Shown here in pieces: positions 28,322-38,366 of a stretch of 64,000 bases of DNA. The notes under the pieces are model-generated. The model had not been told where the DNA came from. It searched no databases and was given only the letters and a program-made list of their open reading frames with translations. The position numbers were made by a program, and so were the translations under genes. The DNA is taken from positions 62,001-126,000 of the IMG/VR virus record IMGVR_UViG_3300013116_000108; one strand, 5' to 3'. How positions within the stretch are numbered: the first letter of the stretch is position 1; the number at the start of each line of letters is the position of its first letter.

Positions 28322-28959
28322 TTTAAAAACACAGCCTCTTTTTTATACTGTTGCTCTTGCCAAGTATAACCAATTGTTGATAATAGTTCTTTTACTTCAG
28401 TGTGGTACTGTTTTTCTTCTGTGGTTCGTCTAGGTAATTCTACTACTAAACATACGTCATTATTTTTTAATGTTTCTAATGACCCTAATATTACTTCTTT
28501 TTCTGTACCTTGTACATCTATCTTCATGTATCCTACATTAGTTAAGTTGTAACCATCTAATGTCGTGACATCTGTTACTATTTCTGAAATTCTTTTTGCT
28601 TTAGTAGGATCTAATGACGATGCTCCGCACGAACCGCCATTAACATAAACTGGCTGGTCTCTTAGATTTTCCTTACCTAGTGCTACATAATATAATGTAT
28701 AATTCTCACTAGTAACATTTTTTTCTAAACACTCTCTATTATCTGCCATTGGTTCAAAAGCATGGACATGGTTAAATTTTGTACAAAGAGGTTTTGTCCA
28801 AAATCCGATATTAGCACCGACATCTACGGCTACAGTATTAAAGTCTTTTACATATCCGAGAGTAATGTCCCTACCGTATTGTTGATATTGTCCGTTAGAC
28901 ATATAATTTTCAAAATGTGTATCATAATCTGGCATCCACCAACCTTCTACATTTTTCAT
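28315..28959 (-). CDS. FkbM-family methyltransferase
   Basis: VDVGANIGFW, AFEP, YMKIDVQG. Confidence 0.9.
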   Translation of the reverse strand: MKNVEGWWMPDYDTHFENYMSNGQYQQYGRDITLGYVKDFNTVAVDVGANIGFWTKPLCTKFNHVHAFEPMADNRECLEKNVTSENYTLYYVALGKENLRDQPVYVNGGSCGASSLDPTKAKRISEIVTDVTTLDGYNLTNVGYMKIDVQGTEKEVILGSLETLKNNDVCLVVELPRRTTEEKQYHTEVKELLSTIGYTWQEQQYKKEAVFLKC

Positions 28960-29762
28960 TCAACTTCCCCACCTGTATACCAACGTTCAATATCATCTTC
29001 TGTTAAGTGTTCAGTATCACCTTTCCATATCTCAACTATATGTGCTGGCTCATCAGTATTGTTTCTACCTTTGTGCCAATAATTTTTTGGAATGTCAACT
29101 GGATTTTGCGGAGATAATTTCCAGACATTTGCTCCATCAAAAGGATCTCCCATTACTGTCCAGTTAACTAATAACTCAGCATTGCCACTAACTAAGTTCC
29201 AAGTTTCACTTCTATGTTTATGTCGTTGCATTGACAAACTACTTTGCGGATTAATAACTAGTTCTTTAACCATAAAGTTTTTACCTTTATACAAGTTTCT
29301 ATAGTATCCCCAATTACGCTCAACTTTAGGTGATGACCATTCTTTTAATATCCAACTGCTCGAATTCTTTTTATCTTCACCGCCTACACCAAATACAAAC
29401 TCAACATCATCAAAAACCATTTCTGGTATATTGTCTGCTGTCCTGTCACCACCGTTAGCAAAGATTAATTTATATGCTGTAATAGGATAGTGTGCTTTAA
29501 CTTGCTTAATAAAATTAATAGCAGTATCATCGTCATCCATGAACGTGAACACTTCGTCTACTACTTCTAAACTATTTAAAATAGTAAGACGCTCGTTCCA
29601 GGGCATAAAGGCTTTACCCTTTTTACGCTCCAGCCATTCATCAGAATTTAAACCTACAATAAGTATATCCCCTAATGCTTTTGCGGCTTTTAAATAGGCA
29701 ATATGTCCACCGTGTAAGGGGTCAAATCCGCCCGTACACAGCACTATTCTAGAATCTGGCAC
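28956..29762 (-). CDS. Cytidylyltransferase-like domain fused to a cupin (mannose-6-P isomerase-like)
   Basis: TGGFDPLHGGH, VGLNSD, FANGGDR, KKNSSSW; C-terminal LSMQRHKHRSETW...WH. Confidence 0.85.
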   Translation of the reverse strand: MPDSRIVLCTGGFDPLHGGHIAYLKAAKALGDILIVGLNSDEWLERKKGKAFMPWNERLTILNSLEVVDEVFTFMDDDDTAINFIKQVKAHYPITAYKLIFANGGDRTADNIPEMVFDDVEFVFGVGGEDKKNSSSWILKEWSSPKVERNWGYYRNLYKGKNFMVKELVINPQSSLSMQRHKHRSETWNLVSGNAELLVNWTVMGDPFDGANVWKLSPQNPVDIPKNYWHKGRNNTDEPAHIVEIWKGDTEHLTEDDIERWYTGGEVE

Positions 29763-30448
29763 TATTGACTACTGTATAAATTAATGACTTCTTTTTTCCA
29801 AACATCACTGTATTCACACTTTCTCATGTTATCAAACCACGGCCCACCTAATGTATAATGTAACACTTTAGGCTTCGTAGTTTCTGTTTCTGTATAATGG
29901 CCAACTAGCCAATTATAACTATAATCTAATTCGCCTATTTCTGAGTCTTCTAACCAACTAAACCTATGGAGGTATTTTCCAGTTATGTTAGGATCATTAA
30001 CAAGTTCCTTAGTTAACTTTTTATTGCTAGGATGGCCACAATTAAACAAAACCATAGAACTCCAGTTTTTACGTGGATATGGCAGTTGTAATTGTCCGTC
30101 CATTTTCCTTCCTTCTTTAACGTCGTAGTTGTGCTGTACACACATTACAGCAAACTTGTCATCTACTTGATCAAATACTTCCTGAGCATCAATTAAGAAT
30201 ACCATGTCGCAATCACAAAACATGGCCCAACCGCTGTACTCTTGTAAGTGCGGAACTAAGAATCTAGTAAATGTAAATTCCGTACTTCCTAACTTATCTA
30301 TATCTCTAGTATATGTTCCTGAGTCACGTAACTCGTTTTGCTTTAAAGGAATTACGTTTGTAGTTTTAGATCTATTAAGTATACTATGCTCACAAACTTG
30401 ATAAGCAATATCTTCTCTACTATCCCAACCTATATAAATGTTATTCAT
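29762..30448 (-). CDS. GT8-like glycosyltransferase
   Basis: IYIGWDSRE, STEFTFTRF, FCDCD, YPRKNWSS, HYTLGGPW; start MNNIY at 30448. Confidence 0.8.
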   Translation of the reverse strand: MNNIYIGWDSREDIAYQVCEHSILNRSKTTNVIPLKQNELRDSGTYTRDIDKLGSTEFTFTRFLVPHLQEYSGWAMFCDCDMVFLIDAQEVFDQVDDKFAVMCVQHNYDVKEGRKMDGQLQLPYPRKNWSSMVLFNCGHPSNKKLTKELVNDPNITGKYLHRFSWLEDSEIGELDYSYNWLVGHYTETETTKPKVLHYTLGGPWFDNMRKCEYSDVWKKEVINLYSSQ

Positions 30449-31166
30449 GGCCTTTAAATTCTCCACTTCTTCCTGCTTTCTTTCTTCGGGGGCCTTTTGT
30501 ATGATCATATATTTGTCCTAATACACTTCTACATTGTACATGCCCTTTTTGATTATCACCTATATTATAATTTAAAGTGTTAAAAAGTTTTTCAAATCTT
30601 ATTCTTATTACGTCCCATATCCAACTGTCATGCCATTCTTGTTCGTTATATAACATATCTGAATTATACATTTCTTGTACTTCTTCAGCATATTTTTTAG
30701 TATCAGCATGTTTTAAATTAAAATACAAATATCCGCACTCTGTATAATCTGGTCTGCCTAAGTATGTTACCATACACTCATTTCGGTGTATATTCTTTTT
30801 CATCCATTCTATATCAATTGGATTATAAAATACACTATCAGCATCTATACATATTAACCCGTCTGCTTCACCTAATTCTATTTGCCTTAATATTTCATGT
30901 GTATACACATACACTTTGTAACAAAATCGAACAGCATCAAATTTAAAAGTATCTAATTTAAGATCAGGAAGTTCTCTGTCTTTGTTCCTGTTAACAAACT
31001 CTTTACATTTAGGTATAAGATCAAATGTATTAAGAGTTTTTACATTTGATATTTCGTCTTCACTATAAACAATCAACTCAAACGGCCAATTATAAGTCGA
31101 CATAAATCTATGAGCGTATTCTTCATATAACCGGCTATTAAAAGTTGTAACTGTTTTTATAATCAT
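30441..31166 (-). CDS. Glycosyltransferase-like protein
   Basis: DAVRFCYKV, ICIDADS, TECGYL, WHDSWIWD, DHTKG. Confidence 0.65.
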   Translation of the reverse strand: MIIKTVTTFNSRLYEEYAHRFMSTYNWPFELIVYSEDEISNVKTLNTFDLIPKCKEFVNRNKDRELPDLKLDTFKFDAVRFCYKVYVYTHEILRQIELGEADGLICIDADSVFYNPIDIEWMKKNIHRNECMVTYLGRPDYTECGYLYFNLKHADTKKYAEEVQEMYNSDMLYNEQEWHDSWIWDVIRIRFEKLFNTLNYNIGDNQKGHVQCRSVLGQIYDHTKGPRRKKAGRSGEFKGHE

Positions 31167-31648
31167 AAACTATACTCAAAATTTTGTGTCGTATGATTAT
31201 GTTGAATTAGTTTAGCACCATTCCTAATATGAAAGTGTGTAGCCATTGGAGTTAAAGGCGATAACGTAACTACTCGCTCAATGTTTCCTTTTTCTTTTAA
31301 GTGTGCTAGTAATTTTTCCATAATCTCTTTACCTGCTCCTCTTTTACGAGACCATACAGTATAAGCAACTGCTGTATTAAAGTTATCTTGTAAGTGAGCA
31401 TTTTGACTTATTAAATCTAACTCTCTAACACTTTGAGGGACATCATTACAATATGCTACACAAATAATACCCTCTATTTGATCTTCATACTTTAATCCGT
31501 AAATTTTACGGCTATAACTTTTTCTAAATTCCAAACTTAGTTCCGGTCTTACAGGATCTTCTGATACATCTATTTCGTCTAACTCAACTAATTCAGTACC
31601 TTTAACCCATTTAAAAAAGTCGTCTACTCGATGTTTAAATGTTTTCAT
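31163..31648 (-). CDS. Hypothetical protein, possible GNAT-like fold
   Basis: DPVRP, AVAYTVWSRKRGAGKEI, TLSPLT. Confidence 0.45.
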   Translation of the reverse strand: MKTFKHRVDDFFKWVKGTELVELDEIDVSEDPVRPELSLEFRKSYSRKIYGLKYEDQIEGIICVAYCNDVPQSVRELDLISQNAHLQDNFNTAVAYTVWSRKRGAGKEIMEKLLAHLKEKGNIERVVTLSPLTPMATHFHIRNGAKLIQHNHTTQNFEYSL

Positions 31649-31683
31649 GTTACTTTATTCCTAGTGCTACTATTATGTATACA

Positions 31684-32637
31684 CTACACTATTCCTTTCA
31701 ATGTTTGCTGGACTATATTCCATGTTTCTGGTTTTGTCCAATTTAAATTTTCTGTTTTATTAATAAGTTGTTTACAAATATCACTCTCAAATATTGACTC
31801 GTTTGTTTCAACCATCTTAGTAAATTTGTTACTAGTCTGTAGCATTGCCGCAAGACCTTCAATTAAATTTTTAGTATGTAAGTCATCATATTGTGTAACA
31901 TGATATTCTATATGTAATAAAAAATACCACTTTAACATTGTACTATTAAGTACACCTAACATAGGTTTTTTTGTAGCAAAAGTAAATTTACTTTTTTCTT
32001 CATGCTTTCGCCATTCTATAAAAGCAGGAGTATTTTCTAGAGTACAAAAAGCATTTCCGCCATAATCAACCCAACGAGTTTCTCCTGTATTATTGTCTTT
32101 CATATAATTTAACCCACTTACAAGTGTTGAGTTTTTTAAAGGTGCTATTCCAATAAATCCAAAATCATGTATTGCTATATAATTTTCTAACAACTTAGAA
32201 TTTAACCTTGCTAAATTAATAAGTGCTTCAATCCATTCACTTCTATTATTTGTTGGGTCATACTTAAGATATGGTTGTTTACAAGGATATCCCAATACTT
32301 CATACTTTCGGCCATTTGTTTTTATTTCTTTAGGAAAATTAATTGTGTTGCTTAATTCTTTATCTAAATTTGCTTTCTCGATAATATTTTGTATTGTTTC
32401 TGTTCTATGATAAAAACTTTGCCCAAAAGGTGATTGTATTTTTACTATCCATGTACTGTTGTCGTTACTACGTTCACAAAAATAAGTACGGCCGTCTTTT
32501 CCCTGCCCTAATTGTTCTTTAACATAATATACAGTATTTCCACTACTATGAATCTCAAGTATTTTATCATCTTTACCTGTATCTCGATTGAACCCAAGTT
32601 TAAAAACTTTATTTTTAGAAAATCTATCTACTGTCAT
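31684..32637 (-). CDS. Protein-kinase-like fold enzyme
   Basis: LGQGKDGRTY Gly loop, WIVK, IHDFG...NYM, WVDYG. Confidence 0.65.
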   Translation of the reverse strand: MTVDRFSKNKVFKLGFNRDTGKDDKILEIHSSGNTVYYVKEQLGQGKDGRTYFCERSNDNSTWIVKIQSPFGQSFYHRTETIQNIIEKANLDKELSNTINFPKEIKTNGRKYEVLGYPCKQPYLKYDPTNNRSEWIEALINLARLNSKLLENYIAIHDFGFIGIAPLKNSTLVSGLNYMKDNNTGETRWVDYGGNAFCTLENTPAFIEWRKHEEKSKFTFATKKPMLGVLNSTMLKWYFLLHIEYHVTQYDDLHTKNLIEGLAAMLQTSNKFTKMVETNESIFESDICKQLINKTENLNWTKPETWNIVQQTLKGIV

Positions 32638-33503
32638 ATTACCCACTTTTTAATTAACTGCCATGCTTCTCCATTTTTCATTTCACCTAACGTAAATTGA
32701 TGATAAGACAAAGCATTAAAATATTGTTGCCTATTTGGTTCTTCTTTTAACTTACTATGATTTTCTATATCATTCCAATCAAATGCTACAGATTTTGAAG
32801 AAGCATATTCTGTTGAAAATACAGGAACTCCTTCTAGTGTTGCTTTAACTACTGCTCCACTATTATAAGCAACCACACAATAAGCATTTTCTAAATCTTC
32901 TTCAAACGTTGTTTGCCTAATAAGAGGTTCAATCTCACGAAATTCTTTTTCAAATTGTAAACTACCTACTGGAAAACCATTTTCGTCAACGTGTGTTACT
33001 GGAGGTTTATACCTAACAATAACTTTTCTATCTGTAACGTTTTTCAGCCATTCTAATGTAGTGTCTAACCAATCTTCATCTCCTGTATACCAGGCTGTAG
33101 GTTGAGTTGGAGGGAGAACTAATATATGTCCTTTGGTATTTAGACTCCACGGTTTAATATTAACGTGTTGCTTAAAGTATGTATTAAATCTATCTTCAGG
33201 ATAATGCTTTGTTATATCTTTCATGTTTATACCGTTTTTAGTAACACGGTACCACGAATCATCTGTATGTTTATGTCCTGCTAGAAAGTAAGCATGGTCT
33301 ATATGTATATAATTAGGTGCTTTGCGATATACTTCTGCTGTACCTCTTAAAATGCCAAAACTAGTAAAGTAGTCATTGGGATTTGAATTTTGGATGTCTA
33401 TATCTAACTGGTCTAAACGCCTAACTTGACCATTAGCACCCTTACAAAATAATTTTACTACTTTAGATGTTGTTTTACGACTCGTGTCGTACCCGTATAT
33501 CAT
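32634..33503 (-). CDS. GT-B / capsule-synthesis-like glycosyltransferase
   Basis: YIHIDHAYF, IVRYKP, VVAYNSGAVVKATLEGVPV. Confidence 0.6.
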   Translation of the reverse strand: MIYGYDTSRKTTSKVVKLFCKGANGQVRRLDQLDIDIQNSNPNDYFTSFGILRGTAEVYRKAPNYIHIDHAYFLAGHKHTDDSWYRVTKNGINMKDITKHYPEDRFNTYFKQHVNIKPWSLNTKGHILVLPPTQPTAWYTGDEDWLDTTLEWLKNVTDRKVIVRYKPPVTHVDENGFPVGSLQFEKEFREIEPLIRQTTFEEDLENAYCVVAYNSGAVVKATLEGVPVFSTEYASSKSVAFDWNDIENHSKLKEEPNRQQYFNALSYHQFTLGEMKNGEAWQLIKKWVI

Positions 33504-33560
33504 TATCGATTATCTATCCACTTGTTGACTTATTCTACAATATTTATTGTAAATACTTTT

Positions 33561-34445
33561 ATGAAGGTATCTTTCTTTACCAAAAACTCTAGCATCGCAG
33601 GTAAGCCAATATTTGAGGCTATGATGAATGCTGTTAGAAAAACTGATACAGTTGTAGAAAATACACTAGATGCCGATGTTGCTGTAATTTGGTCATTATT
33701 ATGGAACGGAAAAATGGCAGGAAATAGGGCCGTGTGGAATGAGTTTCACAAGCAAGGAAAACCTGTTGTAGTTTTAGAAGTTGGTGGTATAAACAGAAAT
33801 GTTACATGGAAAGTTGGAATAGATGGTATTAACGGTCGTGCTAATTTTTGTAACAAAGAAAACTTAGACATTGATAGGCCTAAACAGTTAGGTATAAAAT
33901 TAAAACCTTGGAACTTGCTTGGGGATAATATTATTATATGTGGGCAACACCAAAAAAGTGAACAATGGATCAACTTACCTCATATAGATCAATACTATGA
34001 AAATAGAATACTTGAAATAAAAAATCACACCGATGCTCAGATATTAATAAGAGATCATCCTCGTCATAAACGAGGAATACACTATAAAGAAGAAATTAAT
34101 TTAAAGAAAAAATATAATGTACAATATACAGATGCTATCCAAATAGAAGGTACATACGATAACTTTGATTTTACTAAAGCATTAGAAAATACAAAGTTAG
34201 TTGTTAGTGAAAGTAGCAATCCAGCAATGGAGGCTACTATAAATGGTGTAGCATCTTGGACTGGTCCTGAAAGTTTAACTTATCCTGTAAGTGTACACCC
34301 TAAGAACTTAGATAATTTAAGGCCTAATAGAGAACAATGGCTAATAGAATTAGCACATACTGAATGGACAGTTGAAGAGATTTCTAAAGGTATACCGTGG
34401 GCTAGATTGTTGAATAGTCTACAAGAGTACCGTCCAACCAACTAA
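33561..34445 (+). CDS. GT-B / capsule-synthesis-like glycosyltransferase (leaderless)
   Basis: IRDHPRH, VVSESSNPAMEATINGV; TAAATA (33550-33555), 5 nt, ATG. Confidence 0.65.
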   Translation: MKVSFFTKNSSIAGKPIFEAMMNAVRKTDTVVENTLDADVAVIWSLLWNGKMAGNRAVWNEFHKQGKPVVVLEVGGINRNVTWKVGIDGINGRANFCNKENLDIDRPKQLGIKLKPWNLLGDNIIICGQHQKSEQWINLPHIDQYYENRILEIKNHTDAQILIRDHPRHKRGIHYKEEINLKKKYNVQYTDAIQIEGTYDNFDFTKALENTKLVVSESSNPAMEATINGVASWTGPESLTYPVSVHPKNLDNLRPNREQWLIELAHTEWTVEEISKGIPWARLLNSLQEYRPTN

Positions 34446-35166
34446 GAAATAAATTCTTATTACTAATGTAACCAAACTTATTAAGTTGATTTACCATTGA
34501 TCCAGGTAGCCTATCCATTTCCATTAAGTCGTATGGTGTAACTTCATCCAAGTCATATATAATGTCTGTATTTTTATATACTACTGCCTTAATTAAGTTA
34601 CTATTTTTTTCTTGCATAAAATAAGCATCACGACAATCGTACCCTGCTAAAGACAAGCCGTAAATTAAATTTACTATATTAATATCTGTATGACACTCAG
34701 GATACAATCTATAATCAGGTTCACTATAAAATATGTTGTGTATTCTTGGAACTGTTATACAAAGCATACCGTCTACTTCTTGTAAACTATTAATTTTTTG
34801 TAACACATTATAAAAGTTGTGATACTTGTGTAATACATTATGACACCAAACAACATCATACTTTGATTCTAATACGGTCCAAAAATCAGTAGGTGTTTGC
34901 AGATACTCTACTCTATCTAGTTCTTTAACTTGTTTGTTTATTTCATGAACTCTACTTATTGCTGTTACATCAATTTCTAAAGGCTTAGGATCTTTTTCAT
35001 CATAATCCATACGTGTTGCCCACCATTCTGAATCTACTCCAGTATTACAATCAATGTCTAAAACTGAATTAATACTTAACATTAAGTCAGGGTGTTGATA
35101 AAGTTCTTCTAAAAATTTTCTAGCGTGAAGGCCTCTAGTTTGATTATTGCTTAATAGTAGATCCAT
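34402..35166 (-). CDS. Class I SAM-dependent methyltransferase
   Basis: VLDIDCNTG, YDVVWCHNVL, GMLCITVP. Confidence 0.7.
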   Translation of the reverse strand: MDLLLSNNQTRGLHARKFLEELYQHPDLMLSINSVLDIDCNTGVDSEWWATRMDYDEKDPKPLEIDVTAISRVHEINKQVKELDRVEYLQTPTDFWTVLESKYDVVWCHNVLHKYHNFYNVLQKINSLQEVDGMLCITVPRIHNIFYSEPDYRLYPECHTDINIVNLIYGLSLAGYDCRDAYFMQEKNSNLIKAVVYKNTDIIYDLDEVTPYDLMEMDRLPGSMVNQLNKFGYISNKNLFLSWLDGTLVDYSTI

Positions 35167-35428
35167 TTGATATTCCTAATATTGTTGATTCATACTTATA
35201 ATTATCAAAATAATCTTTTGCCTTTTTATATTTTGTAATTAATCTGTACAGATTTGTTTTGTTATTAATTCTATTATAGTCGTTACAAGATCTATTCATA
35301 TCTTCCATTAAAATGTTTAATGTAGAGTACATTGAACTTTTCTTTCGTGCTACAAAAAGATCATATGTTGTGTCTTTAATGCTATCCCATTCAGCAAACA
35401 ACTTTCTTGCTTTTTTATAGGCTAACAT
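35144..35428 (-). CDS. Hypothetical protein
   Basis: 94-aa ORF tiling with its neighbours. Confidence 0.45.
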   Translation of the reverse strand: MLAYKKARKLFAEWDSIKDTTYDLFVARKKSSMYSTLNILMEDMNRSCNDYNRINNKTNLYRLITKYKKAKDYFDNYKYESTILGISNGSTIKQ

Positions 35429-35885
35429 CTTCCATACCTGCTGTTCTTAAACGTGTTATATGTCCTAGTTGCCATTGTTTTGCTTCCAGTCCTTTCATAA
35501 TACCTAAGTATCTATTTCGTAAAAGTGCTACTTCATTTATTAACGTTTCAAAGTCAATTACTTCATCTTCACCGTCAACATACTTTTCAGCATCTCTTGT
35601 TGACAATGCTCTAGCATAACTTTCTAAATAATTTTTAAAATGTTTACGTCTGATTTTTCTTAATTGTATATTAAGAAAGTTTAGCACAGCCTCAATTTCT
35701 TGAAGTTCGCTAAACCTTACTTCTGTTTGTGCTGGCAACTCTTTAAGATTTGTTTCTATGTTGCCGTGAATATTTGATTCTTGACGTGCTGTTATTAATA
35801 CACCATTGTAGTAATCTAGGAAATCGGGTAAATTTCCTAGATTATTTACTACTTTAGAATACCAGTTTTGATTATTAATATTCAT
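35415..35885 (-). CDS. uvsY: Recombination mediator UvsY
   Basis: YLESYARALSTRDAEKYVDGE...LLRNRYLGIMKGLEAKQWQL; downstream of uvsX. Confidence 0.8.
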   Translation of the reverse strand: MNINNQNWYSKVVNNLGNLPDFLDYYNGVLITARQESNIHGNIETNLKELPAQTEVRFSELQEIEAVLNFLNIQLRKIRRKHFKNYLESYARALSTRDAEKYVDGEDEVIDFETLINEVALLRNRYLGIMKGLEAKQWQLGHITRLRTAGMEDVSL

Positions 35886-36124
35886 TAATCCTCATACATC
35901 TCGTCGTCATCTTCTTCTTCGTAATTCTCTTCTTCGAGAATTTCAGCAATTGGTGTTTCTAACACATCATCTGCTTCTGCTAGGGCGTCTAACAATTCTC
36001 TGTCGGCCCCGTTGTCTTGTAATATACCTATCCAATGCTCTCCTGCTTTTTCCCTATCTTTTTCGGGTATATATTCTTTAAGCACCGACCAGGTTTCAAC
36101 GATAATATCAGTATCTATTGACAT
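35885..36124 (-). CDS. Small acidic hypothetical protein
   Basis: 79 aa between uvsX and uvsY. Confidence 0.55.
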   Translation of the reverse strand: MSIDTDIIVETWSVLKEYIPEKDREKAGEHWIGILQDNGADRELLDALAEADDVLETPIAEILEEENYEEEDDDEMYED

Positions 36125-36133
36125 CTTTTCTCC

Positions 36134-37222
36134 TTATTCGTTATCAAATTGATCCTCGGGAATTTCTTCTTCCGCACTACTTATATTATCATCTTTTGTA
36201 TTTTTTGCTCCGGAAATGATATCGTTCATTACAACCTGTAATCGTTCTCCGGTCCACTGCTTACGAAATTCTTTAATTTCTTCTCCAGTACTAGATGTAT
36301 ATTTGAGTTTATTGCCGTCTTTAACAACTACACCATTCTTTTCAAACATGTCAAGTAATCCACTATAAGGATCCATTCCTCTATCATAAGGAATTTTAAC
36401 TTGTACACCTTCAAAAGGTTTAGCATATCTTGTTTTCATAACTTTACAACCTGCTCTAATACCTCTTACATCACTAATTTTATTGCCTGCTTCATCTTCT
36501 TTTAGTTTCAATTTCTTCATTGCTACTACAATAGAACTAGCATAGATAAATCCTTGTCCTCCTGATATCTTATCATCTGGGTCAAACATATCTTGTGAAG
36601 CATAAGTGTGATTTGTACATACCATACCTACGTTATAAGCACCAATCATATTAACAGTATTACGAACAAGAGCCGTAAGTGCTTTAGGTTTTCTACCCAT
36701 ATCACCTTTCATATCGCCCTTATCAAACTGATCTACATCTGTTGGTGTTAATAACATACCTAATGAATCAATTACAAACATTACTTTTGTATCTGCCCTT
36801 TCTTCAGGCTCCATGGATTTGTAATCTTTCATAAATGTTGAAATAGTTTTTGCTACATCGTCAATCATGCTCATTGATAACTTTAAAAGTTTTTCAGGTG
36901 AAGTATCTACACCCAAAGCATGAAGCCATGTTTCATCTAAAGCATTCTCAGAGTCAATTAGTACTACAAAAATACCTTGCTCTTGAGCGTGTTTTACAAT
37001 ATTACCAGCCGCAAAATAACTCTTACCTGCTCCTGACTCTCCAGCGAACACGGTTACTTTGCCTAGTGGTACACCTTTATTAAAGTCTCCACTAATTAAA
37101 TAATTTAAACAGTAATTACCTGTTGAGACCCAATCTGTTGGATCGTGAAATCCAATTGACAATCCGTCAATTGATTTTGTTATATCTTTTCTAAACTTAC
37201 TTACGTCAAATGGTTTTGCCAT
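36134..37222 (-). CDS. uvsX: RecA-like recombinase UvsX
   Basis: AGESGAGKS, LIDSENA, FVIDSLGML, TNHTY, SGGQG. Confidence 0.92.
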   Translation of the reverse strand: MAKPFDVSKFRKDITKSIDGLSIGFHDPTDWVSTGNYCLNYLISGDFNKGVPLGKVTVFAGESGAGKSYFAAGNIVKHAQEQGIFVVLIDSENALDETWLHALGVDTSPEKLLKLSMSMIDDVAKTISTFMKDYKSMEPEERADTKVMFVIDSLGMLLTPTDVDQFDKGDMKGDMGRKPKALTALVRNTVNMIGAYNVGMVCTNHTYASQDMFDPDDKISGGQGFIYASSIVVAMKKLKLKEDEAGNKISDVRGIRAGCKVMKTRYAKPFEGVQVKIPYDRGMDPYSGLLDMFEKNGVVVKDGNKLKYTSSTGEEIKEFRKQWTGERLQVVMNDIISGAKNTKDDNISSAEEEIPEDQFDNE

Positions 37223-37243
37223 AATTGCCTTCCTTGATTAATT

Positions 37244-37273
37244 AAAAGTGTAACAGACCGAAGCCTGTTACAC
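37244..37273 (-). terminator. Rho-independent terminator after gp32
   Basis: GTGTAACAG-gcTTCGgt-CTGTTACAC followed by TTTT. Confidence 0.85.
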
Positions 37274-37287
37274 TGACTTACTAAGAT

Positions 37288-38295
37288 TTACTTCTGTTGA
37301 CGATCTCTAATCATTGCTAGAATATCATCTGCCTTTTTAGCAGAAGTTGTTTCAACAGGAGCCTCAGCCTTTGCTACTGGAGCCGGTGCTGGAGTACTAA
37401 CTTCTTCTGTTGTAGTTTCAGCAACTGGCTGTGTTGAAACAGCCGGAGCGGGAGACGGTGTTGCCGTAGTAGAAGTAGTTGTTTGTGTACTGCCTTGAGG
37501 AGCACTAACACCAGCCGGACGATAATAAGCACCAAATTTCTCGGTATCGTAAGGCTTGCCATCAACTGATTCCTCAAACATTTGTTTGATGATGTTAAGT
37601 TCAGTTTCTGACGGTTTCTTAGGTAAGAAGTCATTCAATGTAAACAACCCATGTGTGTCAATTGCTGTTTGTTCTTCAGCACTTAATGGAGTTTCTTTAC
37701 GAGCCCATTTAGATGTTGAATAATCAGCATAGCCACCTTTTGTGGTTTTTGTTACACGAAAATCTAGTCCAGCAGTTGAATCTGTTGGTAATTCGTCCAT
37801 TTCTGGATCCATTAAACTTGCTTTAATAATATTAAAGAGTTGTGGCCCCATAATAAAACGTCTGATTGGATTTTCTGGAGTTGAATCTTCAGTTAGAGGA
37901 TTTTCTCTAACAAATCCTTGGAAAACGTACGAACGTTTCTTCCAGTACTTACGACCCATGTCCTCTAGTGAGCTGTCTTTAAACCAAGGACGAACCTCAG
38001 TCAAGATTGGACATGAACCAACTGGTTCCCACATTTCCATACACGGAACTTGTACCGTACAAGGTTTGCTATTAACGTCGCCTTTAATACCTTGGAAAGG
38101 TAAACGAATCATTTGACGTTCTGCCCAGAAAAATGTATTACTAGAATCTCCATCAGGGAGAAACCTTAATGTAGTACTTTCGTTTTCTTGGATGTTCCAG
38201 TGAGGGAAGATAGCATTATCTCCTCCTGTGCTACTGCCTGATTGGCGTGTTTCTTGAGCTTGTAGCCTAGCTCGTATTTCCGCAAGTGATGCCAT
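37288..38295 (-). CDS. gp32: Single-stranded DNA-binding protein (T4 gp32-like)
   Basis: LRFLPD, CPIL, RKYWKKRSY, DFRVTK, YADYSTSKW, DDILAMIR tail. Confidence 0.9.
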   Translation of the reverse strand: MASLAEIRARLQAQETRQSGSSTGGDNAIFPHWNIQENESTTLRFLPDGDSSNTFFWAERQMIRLPFQGIKGDVNSKPCTVQVPCMEMWEPVGSCPILTEVRPWFKDSSLEDMGRKYWKKRSYVFQGFVRENPLTEDSTPENPIRRFIMGPQLFNIIKASLMDPEMDELPTDSTAGLDFRVTKTTKGGYADYSTSKWARKETPLSAEEQTAIDTHGLFTLNDFLPKKPSETELNIIKQMFEESVDGKPYDTEKFGAYYRPAGVSAPQGSTQTTTSTTATPSPAPAVSTQPVAETTTEEVSTPAPAPVAKAEAPVETTSAKKADDILAMIRDRQQK

Positions 38296-38355
38296 AATAT
38301 ATGCCTCCTATGTGCCTTTGTTAATTGCCTTGATAAAACATAATTCCAATTATGT
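38290..38355 (-). promoter_or_regulatory. gp32 leader: hairpin plus periodic AGGCA repeats
   Basis: ACATAAT-TGGA-ATTATGT hairpin (38338-38355); plus-strand TGCC at 38290, 38302, 38313 and 38326. Confidence 0.6.
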
Positions 38356-38366
38356 CTTAACATTTA

